Shown here: one piece after another, positions 28,756-41,777 of the stretch
Layout: every line of letters starts with the position of its first letter
Position numbering within the stretch: position 1 is the stretch's first letter
Assembly (NCBI GenBank): GCA_951406725.2
Contig: OX597830.1
Location: forward strand, 73,222,001-73,286,000
Source of the DNA: Octopus vulgaris
Taxonomy: Eukaryota
Direction of reading: 5' to 3'
Length of the DNA: 64,000 nt
Translations under genes and position numbers: made by a program
The notes under the pieces: generated by a model
Seen by the model: only the letters and a program-made list of their open reading frames with translations
Databases searched by the model: none
What the model was told of the DNA's origin: nothing

Positions 28756-29003
28756 CTAACATATATTTAGTGCGTATATGAATGTATTTGTGTATGTGTG
28801 CCAATTCCTGTGGTGTGTGTGTGTGCCTATGTGTGTGCGCGCGCGTTTGCCTCCATGTATGTGTGCGCGCGCTTTGATTAGTGGCGTGCATGGCGTATTT
28901 CTAAATCAATCATTGGAACAATGAAATTCCATGAAGCATTCCAAAGCCTTCACAAGTTAAATCTTTAGGCTTTTCAGATAAACATACAAATTACACGCTT
29001 TGT

Positions 29004-29048
<45 letters not shown>

Positions 29049-29410
29049 CGTGTATGTGTGTGTGTGTGTGTGTTTGTATGTATTTACATATATATATATA
29101 TATGTAAATACATACAGACACACACATATATATGTATAATATACACGCATATCACACATATATGTATATGTATGTATGTATATATATACATATATATACA
29201 TAATGTACCCGCACATATACACATATACACACACATACAGACGCACACATATACATATATATATACATACATGCTTGTGTGTGAAATGTTTTTGTCCCAC
29301 AAATATAATAACAAAAAGCATGACACTGCAAACTCCCCCACAAAGGCGTTGGCACTGTTTGCTCACTTGTATAACACACACACATACATACAAAAACATA
29401 TACACAGATA

Positions 29411-29460
<50 letters not shown>

Positions 29461-29532
29461 TATATATATCATACATATATATCATGCATACATATATATA
29501 TATATATATATATATGTGTATGTATACACATA

Positions 29533-30373
29533 TGATGTCTTAACAATAAGTATTCGGACTGTTGCCATTAGGGTGAAGCTCAATCACGCAGAGTGGAACG
29601 GCTTAGAAAAGATTGACTTTGAACTCTCGTGTGCCCACGCAGAAACTTAGGCTGTTTACAGCAGAGCTTGGAAGGAAGGTGTATATAGTGCGATCGTCGC
29701 ATTGTCCATGACAGAGTAATTTATCCTGGTCAGTACGGAGAGGTGTCTATGAGTTGCATACAAAATGTTCGAGTGTTTCAGAAGATTCCAAGATGCCCGA
29801 AAACATGTCGACATTGATGAAAGTTCTGGGAGACCCGCAACCAGCATAATTGAGAAAAACATCGCAGATGTGCGGTCATCTCTGTGGAGGAATCGTCGAA
29901 TCACTATCCGTGAGGTATCACAGGATGTGCGGAGTAGTTACGGTTCAGTTAAGTTCATATTCACCGAAGATTTGGATATTAGACGCGTGTCTGCCAAGTT
30001 TGTGCCAAAACTACATTCAGCTGACCAAAAAGACACTCGAGATTCAGCAGCAACAGATCCCCTTGATTGTGTCGAGAACTATTAGAAATTTTTGGAAATA
30101 TTGCATAGGCTTCTGAGCATGTAGTGCAAAGATTTTGGTAAAAGTTAATGCAGTTTCTCTGCTCAACGTTGTCTGTCATGTTCAATGCAACGATCATATG
30201 TTACATAACTTCCTTGCAAGTTATGCTGTAAACAGCGGAAGTCAGCCTCAACGTTAAAGCACAGTGCACATGCACGCCAGAGTTCAAGGACAACCTGTGC
30301 CAAGCGACATTACTCTGTGTGCTGTAGCAACGTTACTATGGCAATAGTCCGGATATTTATTGATCAGACCTCA
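29533..30373. mobile_element. Mariner derivative composed of two inverted 5' arms
   Basis: 28-bp TIRs (23/28 match) flanked by TA. Plus strand: FECFRRFQD..DESSGRP..NRRITIREVS..RRVSAKFVPKL (mariner HTH + WVPHEL-type motif). Minus strand: MTDNVEQRNCINFYQNL (mariner N-terminus). Confidence 0.88.
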
Positions 30374-30404
30374 TATATGTACTGTGTGTGTGTGTGTGTG
30401 TGTG

Positions 30405-30476
<72 letters not shown>

Positions 30477-30855
30477 GGCGCAGGAGTGGCTGTGTGGTAA
30501 GTAGCTTGTTTACCAACCCCATGGTTCCGGGTTCAGTCCCACTGCGTGGCACCTTGGGCAAGTGTCTTCTACTATAGCATCGGGCCGACCAAAGCCTTGT
30601 GAGTGGATTTGGTAGACGGAAACTGAAAGAAGCCCGTCGTATATATGTATATATATATATGTGTGTGTGTTTATGTGTTTGTCCCCCTAGCATTGCTTGA
30701 CAACCGATGCTGGAGTATTTATGTCCCCGTTACCTAGCGGTTCGGCAAAAGAGATCGATGGGCTTACAAAGAATAAGTCCCGGGGTCGAGTTGCTCGATT
30801 AAAGGCGGTGCTCCAGCATGGCCGCAGTCAAATGACTGAAAAAGTAAAAGAGTAA
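30477..30855 (+). mobile_element. SINE family A, full length
   Basis: Close to consensus from ggcgcaggagtgg to the gtaaaagagtaa tail. Confidence 0.93.
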
Positions 30856-30870
30856 TAGAGTGAAGAGAGA

Positions 30871-30944
<74 letters not shown>

Positions 30945-31515
30945 TTAGAAGTCAAACAAGTTGTGTTTGTCATTATACGTCACCACTATACATATTTGAT
31001 TTCTGAAAATATTATTCACGTAACGCAAAGCACTCCTTACACACACACACACATATATATATATATAACTTTTTAACTATTTAACTTGTTTCAGATTTTA
31101 AATTGCGGCCCTGCGTACCTACCTACCTACCTACCTACCTACCTACCTACCTACCTACCTACCTACCAATCTACCTGCATAGATAGATAGATAGATACAT
31201 ACATACATACATGCATTCTTACATACATCCATACATACATACATACATCCATTCATACATACATACATACATACATACATACATACATACATACAAACAT
31301 ACATACATACATTTGTATTGTTTTAACCTCAGATACGCTCTCCTTGAAAAAGTTCAAGATCAAAGACAGTTCAACTGTGACCATCACATATTTTAGTGAT
31401 ATCAAGGATTACATTATCTAATGTCTTCTCTCATTTTTTTAAAAATACCGGTAGACTCTCTTTCGATATAAATCAACGCCTGCATATTCTGCACTTCTAC
31501 GAATTTTATCAGCTG

Positions 31516-31557
<42 letters not shown>

Positions 31558-31951
31558 TGTCGAGTATATGCATGCTTGTGTGTTATTTATGTGCAAGTGT
31601 GTGTAGCATGGACGCCTTTGATCATAAGTCTGTTCCATCTAGGCAACAACAACAACAACAACAGCAAATTTGCGATGAAAAGTCAAATAAATAAATCACG
31701 GAAACGAGAAGTAAAATGCCTAAGAATACCAATGAATCAATATAAAAATTAAAATTTCCCAAAACACAGTAAAATCTAGATGTTACTCGGGAGTGTGATC
31801 GGAAAGGAAAAATCGATAAAAGATGAATGAGTTGTCGTAGTAGGGTTAACAGTTATTTAAATTTTTTTTTTTTCAATTGTTGCCTTTCATTTTCGTAGAG
31901 AAGTATTTTCTTAGAAAATTATATATTATATTATGGTTGGATACTCTTTCT

Positions 31952-32336
31952 GGAAACACTCCGTCGGTTACGACGACGAGGGTTCCGGTTGATCCGAATC
32001 AACGGAACAACCTGCTCGTGAAATTAACGCGTAAGTGGCTGAGCACTCCACAGACACGTGTACCCTTAACGTAGTTCTCAGGGATATTCAGCGTGACACA
32101 GAGAGTGACAAGGCCGGCCCTTTGAAATACAGGTACAACAGAAACAGGAAGTAAGAGTGAGAGAAAGTTGTGGTGAAAGAGTACAGCAGGGATCACCACC
32201 ATCCCCTGCCGGAGCCTCGTGGAACTTTTAGGTGTTTTCGCTCAATAAACACTCACAACGCCCGGTCTGGGAATCGAAACCGCGATCCTATGACCGCGAG
32301 TCCGCTGCCCTAACCACTGGGCCATTGCGCCTCCAC
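31952..32336 (-). mobile_element. SINE family B (tRNA-derived), full length
   Basis: Head ggaggcgcaatggcccagtggttaggg, B box ggtttcgattccc; near-identical to the 37829 copy; TSD atactctttct / atactcttgct. Confidence 0.93.
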
Positions 32337-32389
32337 ATACTCTTGCTACACCGTGTGTGTACACACACACACACACACACATAATATAT

Positions 32390-32465
32390 AATACAAAAAT
32401 GAGGCAAGAACGCAAAACATCCCAACAGACGATACAAAGAAAACAAGGACGGGTCATCCGGAGTT
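32390..32465. repeat. Short dispersed repeat G (opposite-orientation copies at ~28640-28712 and ~54270-54380)
   Basis: caagaacgcaaaacat..cgatacaaa..ggacggg; its reverse complement cc(c/t)gtccgtg..ttgtatcg..cgttcttgtcc occurs at the other two loci, each beside microsatellites. Confidence 0.65.
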
Positions 32466-32478
32466 ACATTTATATATC

Positions 32479-32885
32479 TTTTACTCTTTTATGTGTTTCA
32501 GTCATTTGACTGCGGCCATGCTGGAGCACCGCCTTTAGTCGAACAAATCGACCCCAGGACTTATTCTTTGTAAGCCTAGTACTTATTCTATCGGTCTCTT
32601 TTGCCGAACCACTAAGTGACGGGGACATAAACACACCAGCATCGGTTGTCAGGCGATGTTGGAAGACACACAAACATATACACACACATACATAAATATA
32701 TATATATATACATATACATATATACGACAGGCTTCTTTCAGTTTCTGTCTACCAAATCCACTCACAAGGCTTTGGTCGGCCCGAAGCTATAGTTGAAGAC
32801 ACCTGCCCAAGGTGCCACGCAGTGGGACTGAACCCGGAACCATGTCGCTGGTAAGCAAGCTACTTACCACACAGTCACTCCTGCG

Positions 32886-32887
<2 letters not shown>
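32479..32887 (-). mobile_element. SINE family A, full length
   Basis: Reverse complement of the consensus. Confidence 0.93.
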
Positions 32888-32939
<52 letters not shown>

Positions 32940-33194
32940 TTGGGTTGGTGCATAATTATTGCGGCTTTTTTTTTTAACAAATTTTAATCAACAAAAACAA
33001 CATGTAACAAAAACAACTTTAAATGATTATTCCGGAGCATATTCACCATCTACTTCAACTATTGCTTCCCATTTGCTTGGCAGACGGTCAGACCGTCATT
33101 TACAGATGCTTTTGTTAAATATTGTTATTGTTTTTGCTGAAAAAAATTAGTTTGAAAAAAAAAAAGAAGCCGCAATAATTATGCACCAGCGCTA
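32940..33194 (-). mobile_element. Mariner MITE retaining the transposase C-terminus
   Basis: TIRs ttgggttggtgcataattattgcggctt / aagccgcaataattatgcaccagcgcta with TA flanks; minus strand DRLPSKWEAIVEVDGEYAPE*. Confidence 0.88.
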
Positions 33195-33474
33195 TATATA
33201 TACGTGTGTATGTGTGGTGTTTGTGTATCTACGTATGTATGTGTGTGTGTAAATTGTATTTGATATATAAATAATGAAAACAGCAGCAGCATCAAAAGCA
33301 AAAGTAGTAGTAGTAGTAGTAGTAGTAACGACAACAAAAATAATAGTTGGTATTTAAGAGAATTCAAAGCGCTTAACGATTTATTAAGAAAAGACATCAC
33401 TTCCAATATTTGTCTTGTGTATATGGGAATATCATTCAATATGTGTATATACATTTCTGCCTTGCTCTCATCCT

Positions 33475-33960
33475 ATGTATGTATGTACGTACGTATGTAT
33501 GTATGTATGTATGTATGTATGTATGTATGTATGTATGTATGTATGTATGTATGTATGTATGTATGTATGTATGTATGTATGAATGTATGTACGTATGTAT
33601 GTATGTATGTATGTATGTATGCATGCATGTATGTATGTATGTATGTATGTATGTACGTACGTATGTATGTATGTATGTATGTATGTACGTACGTATGTAT
33701 GTATGTATGTATACATGCATGTATGTATGTATGTATGCATGTATGTACGTATGTATGTATGTATGTATGTATGTATGTATGTATGTATGTATGCATGCAT
33801 GTATGTATGCATGCATGTATGCATGTATGTATGTATACATGTATGCATGTATGTATGTATGTATGTATGTATGCATGCATGTATGTATGTATGTATGTAT
33901 GCATGCATGCATGTATGCATGTATGTATGTATACATGCATGCATGTATGTATGTATGTAT
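33475..33960. repeat. (ATGT)n array with ATGC/ACGT variants
   Basis: Directly visible, about 490 bp. Confidence 0.97.
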
Positions 33961-33982
33961 CTCTGTATCTAGTTATCTGTGT

Positions 33983-34016
<34 letters not shown>

Positions 34017-34469
34017 GTGTGTGTGTATGCGTGGATCAGTATGATCTCTCTTTAGCAGCATCAAATAATAAAATGCGGATCTACCTGCATCATGTTGTGA
34101 CGTCACCATCCATAAAATAGCGCCACAGATGTAAAATATGTTTATTCACATGAAGCTCTGTAATTCTCTAGTAAATAATGACATGTTTGCCAGTAAATAA
34201 AAACCCTAAATAGTACGTTGGCTGTTGGTTTGTATTCTTCTCTGCACATAAATATGCACACGATGGATACATCTATATTTCAAAGATAAAAGTGCACATA
34301 GTATATTATATATATATGAATTATATGAATTATATCCAGCAGCATGTGCATATCTACTGTATGATGACACCAGATAGCCAGTAACTCTGGACGATCTTTA
34401 CACTGCATTCTACAAGTTTTTTTTTATACCTGAACCTCACTTAAATACCCAATATATATATATATATAT

Positions 34470-34660
34470 AGGGAGAGTTTACGAAAAAAAACAACAAAAG
34501 ACGAAGACATGTGGTGTATAAAACAAAAATATGTATTAGTATAACGCTCAGGAATAGAAAAAAGTCTTTTACGTTTCGAGCCTACGCTCTTCTACAGAAA
34601 GAGACAAAGAAAAAACAAAGAGAGAAAAAAATGTGTGTAGTGTCTAACGATCTATAATGA
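34470..34660 (-). mobile_element. Probable Penelope-like terminal-repeat fragment between (TA)n arrays
   Basis: Contains a minimal hammerhead-like motif; a related fragment lies at 57823-57896 (+). Confidence 0.55.
34565..34602 (-). ncRNA. Minimal type I hammerhead-like motif with non-canonical core
   Basis: ucuuu-CUGUAGA-a-gagc(guag)gcuc-GAAA-cg-UA-aaaga: 5-bp stem I, 4-bp stem II, palindromic ACGU at helix III. Confidence 0.55.
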
Positions 34661-34664
34661 CGAA

Positions 34665-34695
<31 letters not shown>

Positions 34696-34944
34696 CGAGC
34701 AAAGCGTTCTAGTCCAATAGACGGTGCTGAATTGTCAAACATTTAAACCAAATTTTCTCCGACCGTCCCATTTTGTGGCATTATTTCAAGCCAGCCGGCT
34801 TTTTTTTTGCACAAACTGCACGTGCATTTTCCTTGCGTATGTGTAGTTTTGATCGCAACAGCTGATGTACTTGCACGTACAAAAGCACGTTCTCACGGCT
34901 TTATGGGTAGCATTCTCACCTGGAATCGATTTTTGAAATTTTTG

Positions 34945-35133
34945 GTCAATGCGACGATCACACGCTACACAGTTACTTCCAAGCACTGCTGTAAACAAAA
35001 GTGATCTAGAACATTAAAACCTAATGCATATGCACAGTATAGTTCAAGGTCAATCTTTGCCGAGCGACTTTACTCTGCGTCCTTTAGTTTCATCACTATG
35101 GCATCAGTCCGGATACTTATTGATCAGACCTCG
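34945..35133 (-). mobile_element. Solo 5' arm of the mariner family seen at 29533-30373
   Basis: TIR agtccggatacttattgatcagacctcg-TA plus shared caatgcgacgatc, gctgtaaaca and agttcaagg blocks. Confidence 0.82.
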
Positions 35134-37538
35134 TATGTTAGAAACAAATTAAATTTGTCATAAAGTTTTAATTGAAACATACACATACAAACACATACAT
35201 ACACACATATACACATACACACAAATATGTACGTAGAGATATATGCATACACTCTAGTGTATTGTCTGATGGAGCGCTTGTTCTTTGGTGGTGTGTGAAA
35301 TGGTGATGTGGTGAAAAAATGCTCAGGAGCTCTGATTTAAACCATAAAAAGAGAAAACAAATGCTAAAACCAAAAATAATTCCAAATGTTTAAAATATGA
35401 TTTGTTGCATAGGCATGGGGGCCAGAACATGAAAAATTATGTTGTTACAAGCACAGTGAATAAGTGACGACAAGAAACCACAAGAACAACAACAACAACA
35501 ACAATAATAACACAATAACACAATAAATTACGATCATAGTTTTTATTGTCCGAGCATATTTGTCTTAATTTTCCAAGGACTTAAAGCATATGGTTCTTCA
35601 CTATATCAAAGGTATAAGCGGAGTGGGATAGAGCAGAATAGTGTAGGGTATGGCAGGAAAGCCCGGGACTTGCTTGGCGTGACGGGTTAAACAGAGGAGG
35701 GCAAAACAAGAAGGAGAGCCTAAACAGATTAAGACAGAGCAATTTATTTCAAAAAAACACGAACACGAAACAAAACAATGAGACGGAACAGAAGTGAAGT
35801 GATTTGATAGCTACATAGAAAAAAACGTCAAATGAATCAATGTAAATATTTCATCTTTAATGGTGTTGTAATGTTGTTGTTACAATGTTGTTAAATTTGT
35901 CATCGTTATATATCAAAATATCAAACAGATTATATTTTTCAACGGGGACTTCAATATTTCATCCGTTCTTGGTTGCTCTTCTTCCACCACCACCACACCC
36001 ACATTGTTCCCGCCTCAACCAACCTACCAGCCAACCAACTTAGCAACAATTCACTCATCACCACCCGGCCAGCCAGCCAGACAACCAGCCAGCCAGTTAG
36101 TTAACGATTTTGTCACTTGCCTGGTACAGCTGAGACATAAATTATTACTTCATTACTAGACAACCGCAGCTCCCTTTGCATCAAATTGGTTGCTGGGTTT
36201 GCAAGAAATAAAGGCCTGATCTACTTAAAATTACACCTATGAGTTTCAAATTGATAGGACATTCTGTGTAAGGAAGTCCCCCTGAATATACTGCGTCCGA
36301 AAATTAGACGAGATAGTCATGTTTGGAAGGCCATTTGAAGTAAGCGAGTCAACCTGAGGTAAAGACTTCTGATTAAACAACATCTACAGAAATAGCATTA
36401 ATCATAAAATCACTCTTAAGACCCTCAATCATCAGAATGAGTACCAACCACAGCAGTATCATAATCACCACCATAACATATCCCCACGGTTACAAGCGTC
36501 GTCACCACTTGAACCACGGCTCAATCTATCACCAGTGACAACAACAACAGCTAATCAGGGAAGTTCGACGTGATTACTTATCATGGAAGAAATCGCAGCC
36601 GAATCCCCCTCTTAATCCGAAACCTACTGACTTTAAAATTGAATAACATTGGAAGTTTTAGTCCTAGCCTCTCTACATGTAAATGGCGGAATGGTCACAG
36701 CTGGAATGCCTTTAATTATAAGTCTGCTTGACCATGAATGACCAAGGGTGAAACAAGAACAACAATAACTAATTGTCGTAAAGAAGGAACCTCAATGAGG
36801 GTAATCGATTTGCTAAAAATAGCAGTTAAATCTCTTGCAAGTAAAACTTTGCTCTTCTTGAAAACGACAATGTAGCTCGGATAAGTAAAAACGCTGGTTG
36901 GTCACGACTGGATCTTCTTTGATCCTAGGAATTCTGAAGAGCGGCAGACTGGTGGTGCGGTGCAGTGGGAGCTAACAACAAAAACAACAAAACTACAACA
37001 CTAATAACGCTTGATCTAATTTTAAAAAAAATTGGAATGGTCATAGCTGGAACGCTGTTCTCTATCATAAATCTTACTTGATCCTCACCAAGAACTTCTA
37101 CACCAACACCACCTCCAGCCATAGCAGCAACTAACTATCACCACCACTACCCCGACCACCACCTACTACTGCCACCACAGTCGCCACCATCTCCATCGCT
37201 GCTACCAACAAGACCGTAGCCGCCATTTATTCTCTTTCAGACAAACATCTGTTTATTTAATGTCATTATATGTTATTGCTGGAGATATTTATTTGTTTTG
37301 GTTGTTGATATAGTTGTGGTTTTTGCTATTGCTGTTGTTGTTGTTGGCTGTTAACTTTTTTTTTTAAGTGTTGTTGTTTAACACCAGGTCAGCTCTGATC
37401 CTGTATACTTGTGACGAAAGGACCATTATTTTTTTTCCTCTTGCCTCCCCCCCTGCTTTTTTTTTACTTTTCTTCAGTCATTAGTAACCCTAGACTATAT
37501 CATTCAATGTGTCCATTTCGCTACTTCTTTCCATCCCT

Positions 37539-37597
<59 letters not shown>

Positions 37598-37828
37598 CCT
37601 CTGTCTTTCTTTCCTTTGTCATTTTGGTTTCAAAGAATTTTTTTCCTTTCCTTTGTTATCTTGGTTTCAAAGACAGTAGCGTCTGTGACTTCACTAAGAT
37701 TTCCTTGCTATTTCTAGTAAACAGCTCGACCGTGTAGGGTCACCTTCCCACCTGTTTACTCTGCAGTCAGCCCTGGGGGCCGCTGTTACCATTCAGATCT
37801 TTAACTATCGACAAAATAACGTATCAAT

Positions 37829-38211
37829 GGAAGCACTCCGTCGGTTACGACGACGAGGGTTCCGGTTGATCCGAATCAACGGAACAGCCTGCTCGTGAAA
37901 TTAACGTGTAAGTGGCTGAGTACTCCACAGACACGTGTACCCTTAACGTAGTTCTCAGGGATATTCAGCGTGACACAGAGAGTGACAAGGCCGGCCCTTT
38001 GAAATACAGGTACAACAGAAACAGGAAGTAAGAGTGAGAGAAAGTTGTGGTGAAAGAGTACAGCAGGGTCACCACCATCCCCTGCCAGAGCATCGTGGAG
38101 CTTTAGGTGTTTTCGCTCAATAAACACTCACAACGCCCGGTCTGGGAATCGAAACCGCGATCCTATGACTGCGAGTCCGCTGCCCTAACCACTGGGCCAT
38201 TGCGCCTCCAC
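37829..38211 (-). mobile_element. SINE family B, full length
   Basis: Perfect 11-bp TSD aacgtatcaat (37818-28 / 38212-22). Confidence 0.95.
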
Positions 38212-38476
38212 AACGTATCAATACTGGAAGATGAAATGATGGAATGACTTTCAGCATAGCACGAATCACCTCTTCTTTCCGTGTTCAAATCCCACAGAGG
38301 TTATTTTGGGTTTTTTATCCCTTCGGAATGATTAGGATGCAGCACCACGTCAGCATTGTGCCATGACGGAATTTTAAGATAATCGGCACTAGATGTTTTA
38401 GCAGTATTTCTCCGGCATTTTGCTCACTAAGTTCTTGGTTTGAAACCAAGCTGCCAACCAGTTTTGACTTCACCAC

Positions 38477-38684
38477 TTACTTTACTCTTTTGCTTGTTTC
38501 AGTCATTTGACTGCGGCCATGCTGGAGCACCGCTTTAGTCGAGCAAATCGACCCCGGGATTTATTCTTTGTAAGCCCAGTACTGATTCTATCGGTCTCTT
38601 TTGCCGAACCGCTAAGTGACGGGGACGTAAACACACCTGCATCGGTTGTCTAGCAATGCTAGGGGGAGAAACACAGACACACAA

Positions 38685-38725
<41 letters not shown>

Positions 38726-38883
38726 CGACAGGCTTCTTTCAGTTTCCGTCTACCAAATACACTCACAAGGCATTGGTCGGCCCGGGGCTATAGCAGAAGA
38801 CACTTGCCCAAGATGCCACGCAGTGAAACTGAACCCGGAACCATGTGGCTGGTTAGCAGGCTACTTACCACACAGCCACTCCT
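38477..38883 (-). mobile_element. SINE family A, full length
   Basis: Reverse complement of the consensus. Confidence 0.93.
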
Positions 38884-39007
38884 CTTGAGTAATTTTGGAG
38901 AATTCACTCTATTGCACATCTTGAAGACAGATTTTTCGCCTTGGGAATCCCTCAGTCTTTTACAGATACTTTCTCCCTGTTAGTCTGTTGGATATCTTTT
39001 TTAATAT

Positions 39008-39401
39008 TTTATTTGTTTCAGTCATTTGACTGTGGCCATGCTGGAGCACTGCCTTTAGTCGAGCAAATCGACACCAGGACTTATTCTTTGTCAGCCTAGT
39101 ACTTATTCTATCGGTCTATTTTGCCGAAACGCTAAGCTACGGGGACGTAAACTCACCACCATCGGTTGTCAAGCAATGTTGGGTGGGGAGAACACAGACA
39201 CAAACATACACACACACACATACATGCATATATACATATACATATATACAACGGGCTTCTTTCAGTTTCCGCTTACCAAATCCACTCAAAAGGCTTTGGT
39301 TGGCCCGAGGCTATAGTAAAAGACACTTGCCCAAGGTGCGACGCAGTGGGACTGAACCCGGAACTATGTGGCCACAGTCAAATGACTGAAACAAGTAAAA
39401 G
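39008..39401 (-). mobile_element. SINE A whose 5' tip is replaced by an inverted copy of the 3' tail
   Basis: Perfect 26-bp inverted repeat at 39013-39038 / 39369-39394. Confidence 0.9.
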
Positions 39402-40070
39402 TTATAAAAGCTAGGCCGCCTTCTATACAAAGACGCTTTTGAAGGACATAAAATTCTACGTGAAATAGAGCAGATCTGGAAAAAATCCAGTGACGATGTT
39501 TTGATGTTTGCATTACATGTTCACACTGCGTCGACTTCTGTGCCAAAACATACGGGTATATTGGACTTTGTATTCGAATGGTGCTTTGTTTTAACGATTT
39601 GGGAAGAATAAAAGGCAAAGCTGATGACGTCGGTGGGATTTGAACTCAAAATCCAGCGAGCAGTTAATGAATACTGCTATGTATTTTGTCCTATCTAGCA
39701 CTCTAAGGTTTTCGCCAATCTATTGTCACGATGGTGGTGTTCAAGTGGCGGGTTGAAGCGCTGGAGATGTTTGGGGCTTGAAGTTTTCGTGATGGTTGTG
39801 GTGGTAGTTGTGGTGGTGGTAGTGGTTGTGGCGGTGGGGATTAGTGGTCGTAATGGTAGTTTTGGAGTCAAGCTCATCCTGTTATTGGCTGCCGTATTTG
39901 TGGTAATCGTGTAGATTCTAGTTGGGAGGGTGGTGGAATTGGAGGAGATGTCATTTGTGTTGTTGGTGCTGTTGCCTGTTTGTGGCGGTGGGGATTTTTG
40001 TAGTGATAGTGGTAGCTGCAACGGAGGTTGGGGTAGTGTTTGTGCCGTTGGTGGTAATGGTGTTCGATGG

Positions 40071-40280
40071 TTACTCTTTTACTTGTTTCAGTCATTTGAC
40101 TGCGGCCATGCTTTTGCACCGCCATTAGTCGAGCAAATCGACCCCAGAACTTATTCTTTGTAAGCCTAGTACTTATTCTATCGGGCTCTTTTGCCGAACC
40201 GCTAGGTTACGGGGACGTAAACACATCACCATCTGTTGTCAAGCAATGTTGGGGTGACAAACACAGACACACAAACATAT

Positions 40281-40358
<78 letters not shown>

Positions 40359-40516
40359 GACGGGCTTCTTTTAGTTTCCGTCTACCAAATCCACTCACAA
40401 GGCTTTGGTCGGCCCGAGGCTATAGTAGAAGACATTTGCCCAAAGTGCTACGCAGTGGGAATGAACCCGGAACCATGTGCTTCCTGAGTAAGCTACAAAC
40501 CACACACCTACTCCTG
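40071..40516 (-). mobile_element. SINE family A
   Basis: Reverse complement of the consensus with a long internal (TA)n. Confidence 0.92.
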
Positions 40517-40559
40517 TTCATCATTCACTGACAAAATCCGTAAGAATATTTTGTGATGA

Positions 40560-41067
40560 CCAGACGTTATCGTCACAAAATCGTGTTTTTGGTGTCTGCT
40601 AAACCAGGTTTCATCGTTATTTTCATCATTATCTTCATCATCGTCAATACAGTCTCCATCATTGTCATAGTCGTCGTCATCACCATCATCGTCGTAGTCG
40701 TCGTCATCGTCTTTGTTGTCGCTAACGTTGCCGTCATTATATGAACCACCATCACAACCACAATCATCGTCGTCACCACCGTCGCCGTCGTCATCATCAT
40801 CATCATCATCATCGTCGTCGTTATCATCATCATCATTTTCATCATCATCATCATCATCATCATCATCGTCGTCGTCGTCGTCGTCGTCGTCGTTTTCAGC
40901 ATCATCATCATCATCATCGTCGTCGTTATCATCATCATCATTTTCATCATCATCATCATCATCATCATCATTATCGTCGTCCTCGTCGTCGTCCTCGTCG
41001 TCGTCGTTGTCAGCATCATCATCATCATCATCATCATCATTAACCGTCGTCGTCATCATCGTCGTCG

Positions 41068-41117
<50 letters not shown>

Positions 41118-41379
41118 GTCGTCGTCGTCGTCGTTGTCAGCATCATCATCATCATTACCGTCGTCGTCGTCGTCATCATCATCATCATCACCGTCGTCGG
41201 TGTAATCATCGTCGTCGTCGTCATTATGATCATCATCATCGTCATCATCATCATCATCGTCGTCGTCGTCGTCGTTGTCAGCATCATCATCATCATTACC
41301 GTCGTCGTCGTCGTCATCATCATCATCACCGTCGTCGGTGTAATCATCGTCGTCGTCGTCATTATGATCATCATCATCG

Positions 41380-41424
<45 letters not shown>

Positions 41425-41445
41425 ACACCGTCATCGTCATCGTCG

Positions 41446-41478
<33 letters not shown>

Positions 41479-41496
41479 ACACCGTCATCGTCATCG

Positions 41497-41529
<33 letters not shown>

Positions 41530-41530
41530 C
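40560..41530. repeat. ~1-kb (CAT/CGT)n array with a 138-bp higher-order duplication
   Basis: The marker ggtgtaatc occurs at 41199 and 41337 in the same context. Confidence 0.93.
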
Positions 41531-41547
41531 CCCATCTCTTTCTATTA

Positions 41548-41777
41548 CTCATTCATTGAACTGAGTTAATTCTTTCCACTTCTACCATCTCTCTCTTTCT
41601 CTCACTCTCTCTTACTCTCTGTTTCAGTATCTCTCTCTCTCAGTCTGACTCACTCTCTCTCTCTCATTCATTGAACTGAGTTAATTCTTTCCACTTCTAC
41701 CATCTCTCTCTTTCTCTCACTCTCTCTTACTCTCTGTTTCAGTATCTCTCTCTCTCAGTCTGACTCACTCTCTCTCT
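41548..41777. repeat. Near-perfect 115-bp tandem duplication in a CT-rich tract
   Basis: attcattgaactgagttaattctttccacttctacc at 41551 and 41666; partial third unit at ~41820-41890. Confidence 0.92.

Noticed and set aside
40508-41552. 340-aa and 170-aa Asp/Met-rich ORFs resembling acidic biomineralisation proteins
   Set aside because: They are a (GAT/GAC)n array open in several frames on both strands, with a frame switch, no signal peptide and no splice support.
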